From NCBI GenBank assembly GCA_008632985.1, contig QPGO01000076.1, positions 248,001 to 312,000 of the forward strand: a stretch of DNA of 64,000 bases, read 5' to 3'. Made by a program: the position numbers and the translations under genes. Positions 36,441-48,112 of the stretch are shown here, in pieces; within the stretch, counting starts at the first letter, position 1; every line of letters starts with the position of its first letter. A model generated the notes under the pieces. That model searched no databases. It was not told the DNA's origin and saw only the letters and a list, made by a program, of their open reading frames with translations. The stretch is from Psammoneis japonica. Lineage: Eukaryota.

Positions 36441-37787
36441 GTGATCAAACGAGGACTCTCGGAAGTTTCCTTTCGTTTGAGTTTCTCTAGGTAAAAAGAA
36501 ACTTTGTGTTACTAAAATAAAGGTCAGCCGAATGTTGATGGAGAAAGGGTTCAAAACTTTTTCTTAAGGTGTAGCGTAACTTTTTACTGCTTCTATCACT
36601 AACAGCTCCTCTAGCTAGAGAGCAGAAGGGCTCGAAGAGGGCCACCCACAATGATGCCGGCCATGAACGAAGAATGAAAGTTTGTCCGCCAGCCAGTGTA
36701 GTTTGGGGTTTGGCCAAAAACATCACACAAACAGCACTGGAACTTTCGCCGATGATGGCGACAACGGAGAGGGCGCTGCGCACACTCTCATCAGAGATGC
36801 AACATGTTGTGTGATTCCTCAATTCACAATGTCACACCCACCAATGCAAGAGAAGATGAGAGTGGCTCGTCGACACATGGGAGAAGCGCCACACAAATGG
36901 TGCCAAAACCACAGTCCAAGACAGCAATGCCTCAATGCTGTCAACATTGAAACTTGACAAAGTCAAGGCACTCATTGACAAATCCAAACTCAACAATGAT
37001 CTGAAGTGTGGCAAAGGAGGATTTCAAGGAACTTGGGCAGCGGTGCTGTCGCTCCAACAGACATGGCGTGACTCACACACCACCACCTTGAAAAGAAAGG
37101 AGAAGATTGAGCTGCACCTGCATGGGAACAAGGGGCCATTGAAGGAGCTCTTGTGGTGCCCCCAACTGCCTTGCCTCTTGGCTGCTCCAGCACGGCACTC
37201 ATGAGTCAGCTGAGGAAAGAAACACGCAGGAGCACCGCCAATGCCACAAAGCATCATGCCACAGGAGACACTGCACAAAATCTTTGACTCCAAGCCCATG
37301 AATGGCAAATGATGGCAGCATCAAAGACAGCAGCACAGCAGAGTGATGGTGGCACCTGACTCTGAGTGCCAACTTCTCTCTGGCATGCTTTGCATGAGGT
37401 GCTGGTGGAGACAGCTTTTGTTCACCAGCCAATCCCCTCTGCGCCGTTCTGGGGGGTTGGCCCTGGCATCTTCTGGCAGTCAGGACATGGCTCAGAGTCA
37501 ACAACTGCCAGGCAACTCAGAGCTGTGGCAGCGGCACCATGCCACACCTTCATTTTAGGAGCACTGGGGGGTGTCATCTTGACCAGCTTTTGAGACCAGC
37601 CCTCAGTTTGAGGAAGCTTTGCCAGCTGGCACACAGCACACCAGTTTTGATCTGGAAGCTTTTGGGGTGCCTGCCAAGGCTGTCTTGCCCCACCTCATTT
37701 TTGCACTGAGGGGCAACAATCTGCACACTTTTTCTCTTCCTTCTGCCCATGCACAGGCTCAGAACTGAGGTCTGCATGCAGCAATTG

Positions 37788-38063
37788 TGACAGGATTTGA
37801 ACAGGATTTAGGTGCGCGCGAAGCATCGCGCGCTGTTTAGTTTACCGTGCACAGTTTTGTGTGCTTTAGTTCCACGCGTTCACGCGCGATGTAGTTTGCT
37901 TTCGAGCCACAAGGCTCACAAGAATAATGACAGTAGCCCGATTATACCGACTCACACGTCTTTCGGCTCCTGTAACGGTCTCTGAGCGGAGACTCATCTG
38001 CTATTTAGACAGCAGTAAGGAGTTATTGTTTGAATTCTTGCCATTTGCCTTCAATTTCTGTCA
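37788..38063 (+). repeat. Copia 5' LTR
   Basis: Differs from 44607-44882 by 14 transitions (hand count). Confidence 0.95.
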
Positions 38064-38989
38064 GATTAACAGTCTTGCTCATTGTCAACCCATTGAGCAA
38101 CCGCCATCGTCGTCGTTGATTTACCAACGACGCTATTTCAATTCTACGTGGACCCCGTATATATCCTACATACATCGGCAAGTCTACGCGCATTCAATAC
38201 CAGGGCATCGGCAGGAAGTTAACGTCACCGTCAAGTCTCCTTACCGCTGGATATCTGGATTGATTATACTACCTTTGATCGCTGAAGACATACATTCAAC
38301 GGTCATATCCAAGTCTATCCTTGATCATCATCCCTTGATATACCTGTTCATCGGTTAACGGTCAAGAACCCTACATATTCAAGGATCTTCGTCGCTGAAG
38401 ACATATATATATATACATGTCTTCACGGCCAAGAACCTGTACCCACTCTTCGGACTGCGGTTTTGCCACCACTCTACAAGCACACCGAGTCCATTGTACC
38501 TGATCTACCCCGGACCACTGGTGCTCTACAGTTCTACTAGGTCCACGAGGACGACTGTGAGAGCAAGCAGCCGTGATTGCAGCCTGCGTTGGGGCGAGGG
38601 TGCTTTCCCGCGTTTGTTCGTTCGTCCACAGCGCCTGATGCCTGCGTCAACTGGCCAGCCTGATCGGGAAATCCAACCGATGTAAAACAAGAATGGTTCG
38701 GGGGTCTTGTCCACCTCTGGTCAGCTTGCCTGCAGGGGTTTGCAACCCGCTGCTCCGCTCGCAAGCAACCCAAAGCGCCGCCAGCTGCGGGCTCGGACGT
38801 GCCGGCACAACTCTACGGACCGGATGGGAAGTTTGGCACTTGACAACGAACGGGATGACAAAGCCCGGCGACTTCTGATTTTAAGACAGTTCAAGATTTC
38901 AAGTCAAGTCTGTTTCAAGTCAAGTCCATTCTCACCCAAGTTTCGAGTCCATCTTCTCTTTGACTGTCCTGACACCACCTTTGTCTGCC

Positions 38990-41900
38990 ATGGTTCTCAC
39001 TCGTCAGCAACAAACCGATGGTTTCGAGCACGTGGTTGGAACCGTGCTTGCCCAAGGTGCTGGGAGTCCTCTTCGTTTGGCTTTGGCCCAAGACGGCACG
39101 GACTCGCATCAGGAACTGTTCACGTTCATGCCGTCCCAAATCGACTCGCTTGAGTGCGACAACGGCGCCAATGCAATCCCTTTGCCCCGTGGTCATGAGA
39201 ACATGTCAGCAGCACTGGTCAGTCTGTGCATTGTCAAAGCACACAAAGGTCTTGACGTTGCCAATGACTCCTCTTTGTTCGCGCATGATGAGTTCCTTGC
39301 CTGCCGCCTCAGCCCCGACTGCATGTCTTCTGTGTCCATCGGCAGCTCACCCCTTGCACCTCCACATGTCACCAACCCGACCAAGGCACGCGACCCGGTG
39401 CGGGACTTCAAGCGAGGCATCAAGCATGATCCCACCGCTTTCACGGCTCTCAAATCCGACAAGCAGTGGCACACTTGGCACACCTCACTTGTGGCACAAG
39501 CCCGTGCCCAAGACGTCGAGTGCATTCTAGACTCGTCGTACAAACCGACCAGCCCCGAAGACAAACTGCTCTTTGCTGAACAGCAAAAGTGCATGTTCGC
39601 CGTCTTCGAACGCATCCTTCTCACCGACAAGGGCAAGGCTCTCATTCGCGAAAATGTGGGGTCTTCTGACGCACAGACCGTCTGCCGCTCCTTGTCTGAG
39701 TGCGCGCTTGCCTCCACCCGCGCATCTGTCGAGTCCTCCACCCTGCTCACGCACCTCACCACCGCGCGTCTTGGTGATGGCACTTGGAAAGGTCCGACCC
39801 ACGGGTTCATCCTTCATTGGCAAGATCAGTTGCGCAAGTGCGAGGCACTCATCCCGGCCAGTGACCACTTCTCTGAAGGACAGAAGCGCATCATGCTCGA
39901 GAATGCCGTGCACCCTGTCGAGGAACTCCGTGCTGTCAAGAACCAAGCTGATCAGCATCGCACGCAGAGTGGCAAGAGCCTCACATGCGATCAACACTGT
40001 GGCTTGCTCCTCTCCGCCGCAGCTCAGCACGACAGCACATTTCAACCCAAGACGACACCTCGAGCTCCCCGACGCGCCACACACGCACATGACGTCTGCT
40101 CCGAGGAACCGTCCGACGATGTGTTCTACGACATTGACAGCGACGTTGACATCCTTCAAGCCAATGCTGCCTGCACCCGCGGTCCCAGCCTCACCGGTGT
40201 CCAATGGAGACGTCTCCCTCCCGACCACCAACGGCTCTGGAATTCGTTGCCCGATTCCTCCAAGGCGATCATCCTTGGGCATTCTCGTCCACCTCCCCGC
40301 AACCCGCGAGCCAGCAACTGCCATGAGTCTGTTACGGCCAACCTTCATGACCAACGCCTTGGGAGTGACGGTGATGTCAACTTGTCCAACACGACTCCTG
40401 CTGACTCTGGTGACTCCGCTCCACATGTGGACGCCACTTCGGACAATCCCATCCTGGCGCACCTCACCAAGCGCAAGCCACTGCCACCCGGTGATCTGCA
40501 ACGTCTGTTGTCTCCTAACCAAGCCCCCAATGCCAGTCGACCGGGGCCATCCGCCGCTTCCTCTATCCCGCCAGCTTCTGCAGATGACATGGAACTCAAC
40601 GGTCGCACTTGCCGCCGCGTTGACAACCACAATGTCATTTGCTCTGCTTCTGCTCATCGCTCCACACGCACTGGCACTCTAGTCGATCGTGGGGCCAACG
40701 GCGGCATTGCTGGCGATGACGTTCGCGTCATTGCACGCACCTCTCGCCAAGTCGACGTTCAGGGCATTGACGATCATCAATTGGTGGACATCCCCGTTGT
40801 CACCGCTGGTGCCGTCATTGAGACCCAGCGTGGTCCCGTCATCGCCACACTCCATCAGTGCGCATGCACGGGCAAGGGCAAGACCATCCATTCCTGCGAC
40901 CAGCTTGAATGGTGCAAACAGGATGTCAACGATCGCTCTGTCAAGGTGCCCAACGGCTTGCAACGCATTGCCACTCCTGATGGCTGTGTCATCCCCATTG
41001 ACATCAAGGCTGGCCTGCCTCATGTTGCCATGCGACCTCACACTGACGCCGAATGGGACACCCTGCCCCATGTCATCCTCACCGGTGATGACACATGGGA
41101 CCCTTCCGTCCTCGATCACTCTGTCACTGACGACGACCAGTGGTGCGACGCGATCTCTGACCTGCAGGACGATCCCACTGCCAACCCATTTGACGAACAC
41201 GGCAACTACCGTCATCGTGTCGTTGTCAACGAGACCATCATGTCCGCTTCCTTGTCTGCCGATCACGCGTCCGCCCTCGATGATCACCTCATTCCGAACG
41301 ACGACGTGTTCTACGAGTGTCATCTGCATGCGATTGGCCCCCAGGGCGATGATGTTCCACCTCCGGAGCGCACTGCACAGCCCAAGGACCCCCCCTTCGA
41401 GTCTCTTCGGCCTCACTTTGGCTTCCTACCTGCCGATGCGGTCCGTCGCACTTTTGACTGCACCGCGCAGTGCGCCCGCATGCCCGCCGGTGCACACCTT
41501 CGCAAGGCCTGCAAATCACCCAACCCCGCCCTTAATGTGCACCGCCGCAATGAGCCCATCGCCACTGACACCGTTCATGCCGACACCCCGGCCATCGACT
41601 CTGGTTGCACCAGCGCCCAACTGTTTGTTGGCACCGAGTCTACCGTCACTGACGTCTGCGGCACTGAGACGGACAAAGAGTTTGTCAACACACTCGAGGA
41701 TCAGATCCGTGTGCGTGGTGCCCCATCCAAACTCATTGGCGACCGTGCTCAAGTTGAGATCAGCAACAAAGTGCTCGGGATCCTACGCACCCTCTTCATC
41801 TCTAGCTGGCAAAGTGAGCCTCACCAGCAACACCAAAACTTTGCCGAGCGTCGACACCAGACCGTGAAGCGCATGGCAAACACTGTCATGGATCGTTTTG

Positions 41901-44659
41901 GTTCGCCCGCCCACACATGGCTGCTGGCGCTCATGTGCGTGTGCTTCATGCTCAACCACACAGCGTCCCCACGTCTCCACTGGCGCACGCCCCTTGAGAC
42001 TCTCACTGGCTCCACCCCGGACATCAGCCCATTGCTTCGCTTTCACTGGTGGGAACCCGTGCACTTCCACCTCGATGACTCCGATTGGCCGTCCGAATCC
42101 CGTGAGTTGCGTGGACGCTTCGTTGGCATTGCTGAGCACGTCAGCCACCAGATGACCTTCAAGATTCTATCTGACGAGAATCAGAAGATCCTCTGCCGGT
42201 CCAACGTCCGCTCCGCTACCCCCGATCCTGCCGTCTGAAACCTGCGTCTTGATCCTCCTGATGGGGAGCCACCTGAACCCATCATCAAATCTCGCCATGA
42301 CGACAACCCCGTCGACTCTCCTGATGGGGAGATCAGGACACCCAAGATGCCAGTTTTCGATCCGCAAGACATCATTGGACGCACCTTCCTCATGCAGCCA
42401 CAAGAGGACGGACAACGCCACAGAGCTCGCATCGTCAAGGCCGTCGAAGACCACGAATGGAAAGTGAACGGCAATCCCGAGCTCACTAAGTTCGTCTGCT
42501 CTGTCAACAATGACGAATACGAGGAAGTCCTTGCCAGCAATGACATCATGAATCACATTGAGCAAGAAGACGAAGACACCACTGTTTGGAAATTTTGACG
42601 CATCGTGTCACACGAAGGACCTCTGAAGCCTCACGACCCAACCTGGAAAGGCTCCAGCTACAACATCATGCTTGAATGGGAAAGTGGGGAGATCACGTCC
42701 GAGCCTCTTGCCATCATCGCCAAGGATGACCCCATCACCTGTGCCATCTGTGCACGAGAGAACAGACTCCTCGACACGGATGGCTGGAAGCGGTTCCGCA
42801 CCATCGCGAGGCGCCAAAAGAAGCTGTTTCGCATGGCCAACCAAGCCAAGCTTCGCTCCTTCCGCACTGCACCTCGCTGCAAGTGTGGATGCGAAGTTCC
42901 CCGGAACTGCAAACACGCCATGTCACTAGACGAACGCAACGGCAACCGCAAGTGGGGAGACGCAACTAATCTCGAGATGGACCAACTCGACGAATACGAA
43001 GTCTTCCATGACTGCGGGCCCTTCAAGTCTTCCACTCCTCCTGCGGGACACAAGAAGATCCGAGTGCACCTGGTGTGCGACGTGAAACACGACGGTCGCC
43101 ACAAGGCACGACTCGTAGCCAACGGGCACCTCACGGACACACCCATCGACAGTGTCTACTCCGGAGCAGTCTCCCTCCGTGGCCTTCGGCTGATGATTTT
43201 CCTGGCCGAACTCAACGAGTTGGAGACATGGGCCACCGACATTGGCAATGCCTGCCTTGAAGCCACCACCAAGGAGAAGCTTTACATTGTAGCTGGACCC
43301 GAGTTCGGCAAACTCGAAGGACACATCCTTGTCATCCACAAGGCACTGCATGGACTGCGCAGCTCCGGTCTCCGCTGGCACGAGCGCTTCGCTGACTGCC
43401 TGCGAGCTGAAGGCTTCTTCCCCTGCCGCGCCGAACCCGACATTTGGATGCGCAGGAACGGCGACCACTGTGAATGCATTGCCGTTTATGTGGATGACCT
43501 CGCCATTGCCATGAAGGACCCTCAATCTTTCGTCGACACCCTCACGGAAAAGCACAAGTTCAAGCTCAAGGGTGCGGGACCCATTGAGTTCCATCTGGGT
43601 TGCGACTTTTCCCGGGAACCCGACGGAACCTTGTGCCTGTCTCCGCGCAAGTACATCGAGCGCATGGTCGACAGCCATGCCCGACTGTTTGGGGAGAAAC
43701 CCACCACCAACGCCCTGTCACCTCTAGAGAAGGGTGACCACCCCGAACTGGACACTTCCGAACTGCTGGGACCCGATGGCATCCACAAGTTCCAGTCTCT
43801 TGTTGGTTCACTCCAATGGGCAGTGTCCCTTGGTCGAATTGACATCACCACGGCCGTCATGTCACTCTCTAGCTTCCGAGCTGCGCCCCGTCAAGGCCAC
43901 TTGGATCGTGCCAAGCGCGTCTGTGGGTGCCTCTCCAAGATGCGACACGGTGCTCTCCGCGTTCGCACGGAAGAGCCCGACTGTTCGGATCTCCCTGCTC
44001 CGGCCTGTGAATGGATGCATTCCGTGTATGGTGAAGCAGAAGAGATGATCCCGAAGGACGCTCCACCGCCCCTTGGCAAGTTCGTCACTGCCACCCACTA
44101 CGTCGATGCAAACTTGCACCATTGCATGCTCACCGGACGCTCTGTCATGGGAATGCTCCACTTCCTCAACAAATTCCCGGCTGATTGGTTCTCTAAGAAA
44201 CAAGCCACCGTGGAGACTGCGACCTGCGGGTCTGAATTTGTTGCTGCAAGGACTTGTGTTGAGCAGATTGTCGACCTGCGCATCACCCTGCGCTGCCTTG
44301 GCGTCCCGATCCGTAACGTTAGTTACATGTTCGGTGACAACAAGTCGGTTGTAGACAGTGCCACCATCCCGCACTCCAAGTTACACAAGCGACACACCGC
44401 ACTGTCGTTCCACCGTGTGCGTGAGGCAATTGCCTCTGGTTGCCTTGAGTTCCACTTCATCGAAGGCTCCCGCAACCCTGCTGACATTCTCAGCAAGCAT
44501 TGGGGTTGCTCCCAAATCTGGGACCTTCTCCGCCCCCTCATGTTCTGGAACTTCATTCCATCCGAAGTCGAATCTGTTTCTGTGGCTCCTCAAGCAAACT
44601 GGGGAGTGACAGGATTTGAACAGGATTTGGGTGCGCGCGAAGCATCGCGCGCTGTTTAG
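38990..44659 (+). pseudogene. Copia gag-pol polyprotein (protease, integrase, RT, RNase H) in one frame with two TGA stops (42236, 42596)
   Basis: LVDRGANGG (protease). ATDTVHADTPA, GDRAQVE, QNFAERR (integrase). HKARLVA, TDIGNACL, LHGLRSSG, YVDD (RT). YVDAN, SEFVAA, GDNKS, NPADILSK (RNase H). ORFs 38960, 42347 and 42605 share a frame. Confidence 0.93.
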
Positions 44660-44882
44660 TTTACCGTGCACAGTTTTGTGTGCTTTAGTTCCGCGCGTTC
44701 ACGTGCGATGTAGTTTGCTTTCGAGCCACAAGGCTCACAAGAATGACAACAGCAGCCCGATTGTGCCGACTCACACGTCTTTTGGCTCCTGCAACGGTCT
44801 CTGAGCGGAGACTCATCTGCCATTTAGACAGCAGCAAGGAGTCATTGTTTGAATTCTTGCCATTTGCCTTCAATTTCTGTCA
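44607..44882 (+). repeat. Copia 3' LTR
   Basis: Direct repeat of 37788-38063, preceded by the PPT. Confidence 0.95.
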
Positions 44883-45099
44883 AATTGCATCACTTGCAGA
44901 CCTGCAGTTGTCGAAACAGCAGCACATTTGCTCATTTGAAGCAAAAAATGAAGTGCTCAGCAACCTCACACGTGCTTTCATCACAAAAAAATTCAAGCCA
45001 TTTGTCTTTGCAAACTAATTTGCAACTCATGAATTTTGCGTTTCAGCAGTCAGAGAGTGCTTGTAGAAGTGGAAAGCAGCTCACATTGTTGTGTTGTCA

Positions 45100-46280
45100 T
45101 GTGCAGACCATGTCATCTTTTGAGGAACAAACAATGCTGGCAATTGTGTCCAAACTGACATCAACCCCATCCACACTTGGATCTGCCTTCATTGTGCACA
45201 ATGTGCTCAGAAGTCCCAAGGAAAAGCGACTCAGGGTGAGCCAGCTTCTTGTCTTGCCATTGATCATTGGTGACATCATGTTCAGGTTTTCTGTCATTTC
45301 TTGGGCACATGGCCCATGCTGGAATCTTTGTCTCATTTCATTTTGGGTGCAAGTGGGGCCACAGGATTGTGCACAGCACAGAGGTTCTTTCTTCTTTTTG
45401 CTTGGCCTGCTGTGTTTGTGACAAATGCATGCCTCAGTGTCAGCTGTGTTCTTGTCATTGGACACAAGGGGTCAGATGAAAAGCTGAAGAAAAGGGTGTT
45501 TCCATGGTTTTTGCTCTCCACAGCTTTTGTGAGCTTTGGTGTGGGGCGTTCACAGCTTTGGCCAAAGACCTCCTCAATCCACCCCCCTTGTTTTGCTTTG
45601 TCAAACCATGTCCATTGGGATGTGAGGGTGATGCATGCAAGCAAGGTGCAGATGCCAATCTTCATCAATGGCTTCCAGCTCTTGGTCCTCTCTGGACTTG
45701 CTTTGCAATCTTGATTGCAGATTGCAGCAATGGTGGTTGTGCGTGTCAATGTCTCTGGTGTTGCTGAGAGGAGACCAAAAGGAGAGCACCCCATTGAAAC
45801 CCCTCAAGGTGGCTCTGCCTGCAGGGCCAGCAGCCACAGAGTGTGCTGTCAAGTTCAACCTCTGGCAGAGCTGGAGAATTGGTGTCCAGTGCATCAGCTG
45901 TTGCTGCAGTGCTGATGATGGATGATTCAGATGAAGGACAGCACACCTGCAGAAATGACAGATCACACCACTGCTGGATCAAAACAAGCTGGCTGGATCC
46001 AGAGGATGAGCACAAGGCAGCAGCTGTCATCACTTTCAACTGGCGGCAGTCCAAAGTCTGCAGAAAATCAAGATTCTCTCAATCTCACACCAGATTGACC
46101 ACTGCCAAGCACATTTGTTCACACACCAGCCTTCACAGCCACCTGGCTGTTTCCAATGGTTGGGCGAGCTGTGCAAGAAAATTTGCATCAGCTCTTGGTC
46201 TGCATTGCCATCTTTGCCCCACTCCAAGGATTCTTCAATGCTCTTGTTTGTGTGTGTCCAAGGTGCACTCAGAATCAATG
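45100..46280 (+). pseudogene. Decayed 7TM GPCR-like host gene (diatom type)
   Basis: Frameshifted fragments: SKLTSTPSTLGSAFIVHNVLRSPK, FLGTWPM, GASGATGLCTAQRFF, NACLSVSCVLVI, LLNPPPLFCFVKPCPLGC, IFAPLQGFFNALVCV (cf. PLQGFFNALVY in TM7). Confidence 0.75.
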
Positions 46281-46827
46281 GAAGCATCCACAGATGTCTT
46301 GTTTCCATGCAGCTGTCACCATGGATGATGAGGTTGCCCATGAAATCAAAAACAGAGGCAGAGCTCAGCAGGGTGTTCAGGGTGACATGAGCACGATCAC
46401 TGACAGCTAAAAAAACAGAATGAACACTTCCAGAAAGAAGTGCAAAGGTGTGTCAAACAGAGAGCAGGCTTTGGTCTGTGAGAGTGCAGACAACCACACC
46501 AGGTGTTGTGACTGTGCTGTGTTGTGCAGGCACAGCATGCATCAGAAGCACAATGACAACCGTCAAGCCAATGCTTTGGAAAGAAAAAGGCCAATGAAGT
46601 CATCACCAAATTGTGAGCATGAACTTGAAATGAGGACAATGACAATGAGTTGCAATTGCTGGAAACAAAACTCACCGGTCCATTGATGTCAACGTGTGAA
46701 AAGCGAGGGTTTGTGCCCCTGCATTGTGAATTGTGTGGCACAACAAAGCTCTGCAAGATGAGTGCCGCCAGAGAGAGAGAGAGTGGCTCTCTGCCACTGC
46801 CAGCTGTGACCACTTCTAATCCAGTGG

Positions 46828-46830
<3 letters not shown>

Positions 46831-46864
<34 letters not shown>
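46831..46864. repeat. (AG)n microsatellite
   Basis: About 17 AG units at the edge of a TpA-depleted block. Confidence 0.9.
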
Positions 46865-46866
<2 letters not shown>

Positions 46867-48112
46867 AAGACCATGGTTGCACCTGCGGCACCAGCAAAAC
46901 GTGTACAATCCCTGCTGCTCTAGCTAGAGCGAGAGCACCGGTGGGCCCTCTCTACTGGCTACTAGAGCAGCTCTCTAGCTAGCTAGCAGCAGTAGCTGCC
47001 GGTACAGCAGTAGAGCAAAACAAGCTGCACTCGCAACCGGGCGGAAGGACGGACTGCACCGCAGTCGCGAGATACAGTAGATGTACAAACGACAAACGAT
47101 GGAAAAGCAATAAAAGCTGCAGCATACATAGCGCTGAAATTTTGAGGTGTACCCAGTATATGATACAAAATACAGTGCCAATCAGATAGAAGAGGTGACA
47201 AAGCAAATTTTGGACTGGTTTGTGCGTAGCCTTATCACCAATCACTGTACACGTATCGCACGGTAGGTGCAAAGACGAAAAAGCAAAACAGTCGAGCAGA
47301 TATCTTCGAAATGAGGCGCTCTCCGTGCGCCTCTTTGTCGTTTTCCCTCCTTGCCCTTGTTTTTCGTGAGAGTCGTGTGGGACAACGGCTTTAGCAAGCT
47401 GCTGCGGTATGACCCATAGCGAATGCCGCCAGAAAAAGTGTCAATAAACTTAATACGTCGAGTCCTTTTCATGACATTCGTATTCACTACACAGACCGTC
47501 ATCGATTTCCTCGAGAACTGCAACATCCAACATGACAAGTTGTCAGTCTGCGGAAGCAGGCCATCAGAAAACGAAAGATGGATGGAGAATCATCGCAACG
47601 TGTCACGGATGAGGATATTTTGGCAGAAACCTGTGGCTTGACTGCTCATTCGTATGAACTCTACAAGCAATCGCAATCATACAAACATTCCAAACGATGT
47701 GGCGGACATGAGCTCGTTGGTCTCAGATTTTTTTGACGGACTGCCCTATTGATAGCTCGAGTCCGGATACACCAAGGGATGGGGAAGCAGCAGCTGGACT
47801 CGTGTCAGTGGACCAATTGTTTTAGCTGTGAATTTGCGCATGCGCTGGGCTTCTTTTGTTGATTTTTTGGTGAATATTATCGCCATGAGCTGGACGAGAC
47901 TTGGTGGAATCTGCCCGTTTGGCGTGGTATGCTCTGCCCAACGCGGGTGGTCCCGACTACATGCCTCTGTTTCTCATCCGCCCCCAATCCAAGACAGTGG
48001 AAGTCTTTGGTTTCGCCGTTGCTGAAGAAACGAACTGATGCTCTCAACGCCCTAATGCGTTTTTCTTTGCCGTATAGCTAATGCATACATGCAGAAGTTG
48101 ACTTATTTATGT

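Larger units (their letters stand above)
37788..44882 (+). mobile_element. Full-length CoDi-like Ty1/Copia LTR retrotransposon, 5-bp TSD AATTG
   Basis: 276-bp LTRs 37788-38063 and 44607-44882 (TG...CA). AATTG at 37783-37787 and 44883-44887. PPT GGGGAG at 44601-44606. Single gag-pol frame. Confidence 0.97.

Noticed and set aside
38990..44659. Alternative genetic code or recoding of Tyr as an explanation for Cys/His at Tyr positions
   Set aside because: Neighbouring host genes and the protected Gypsy patch use TAY normally, and non-coding LTRs show the same substitutions.
2110..44882. ADAR-type RNA editing or RT error fixed during retrotransposition
   Set aside because: The two LTRs of one element differ, both strands are affected, non-retro sequences (YR element, GPCR relic) are hit, and TAG, the context ADAR prefers, is comparatively spared.
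2110..44882. Classical RIP or CpG decay as the sole cause of TG/CA richness
   Set aside because: C->T processes cannot turn conserved Tyr codons into Cys/His. They would raise TpA, and CpG is abundant in the young elements.
47740..47790. tRNA-like fragment (ctcgagtccggatacacca)
   Set aside because: No complete cloverleaf or A/B boxes could be built.
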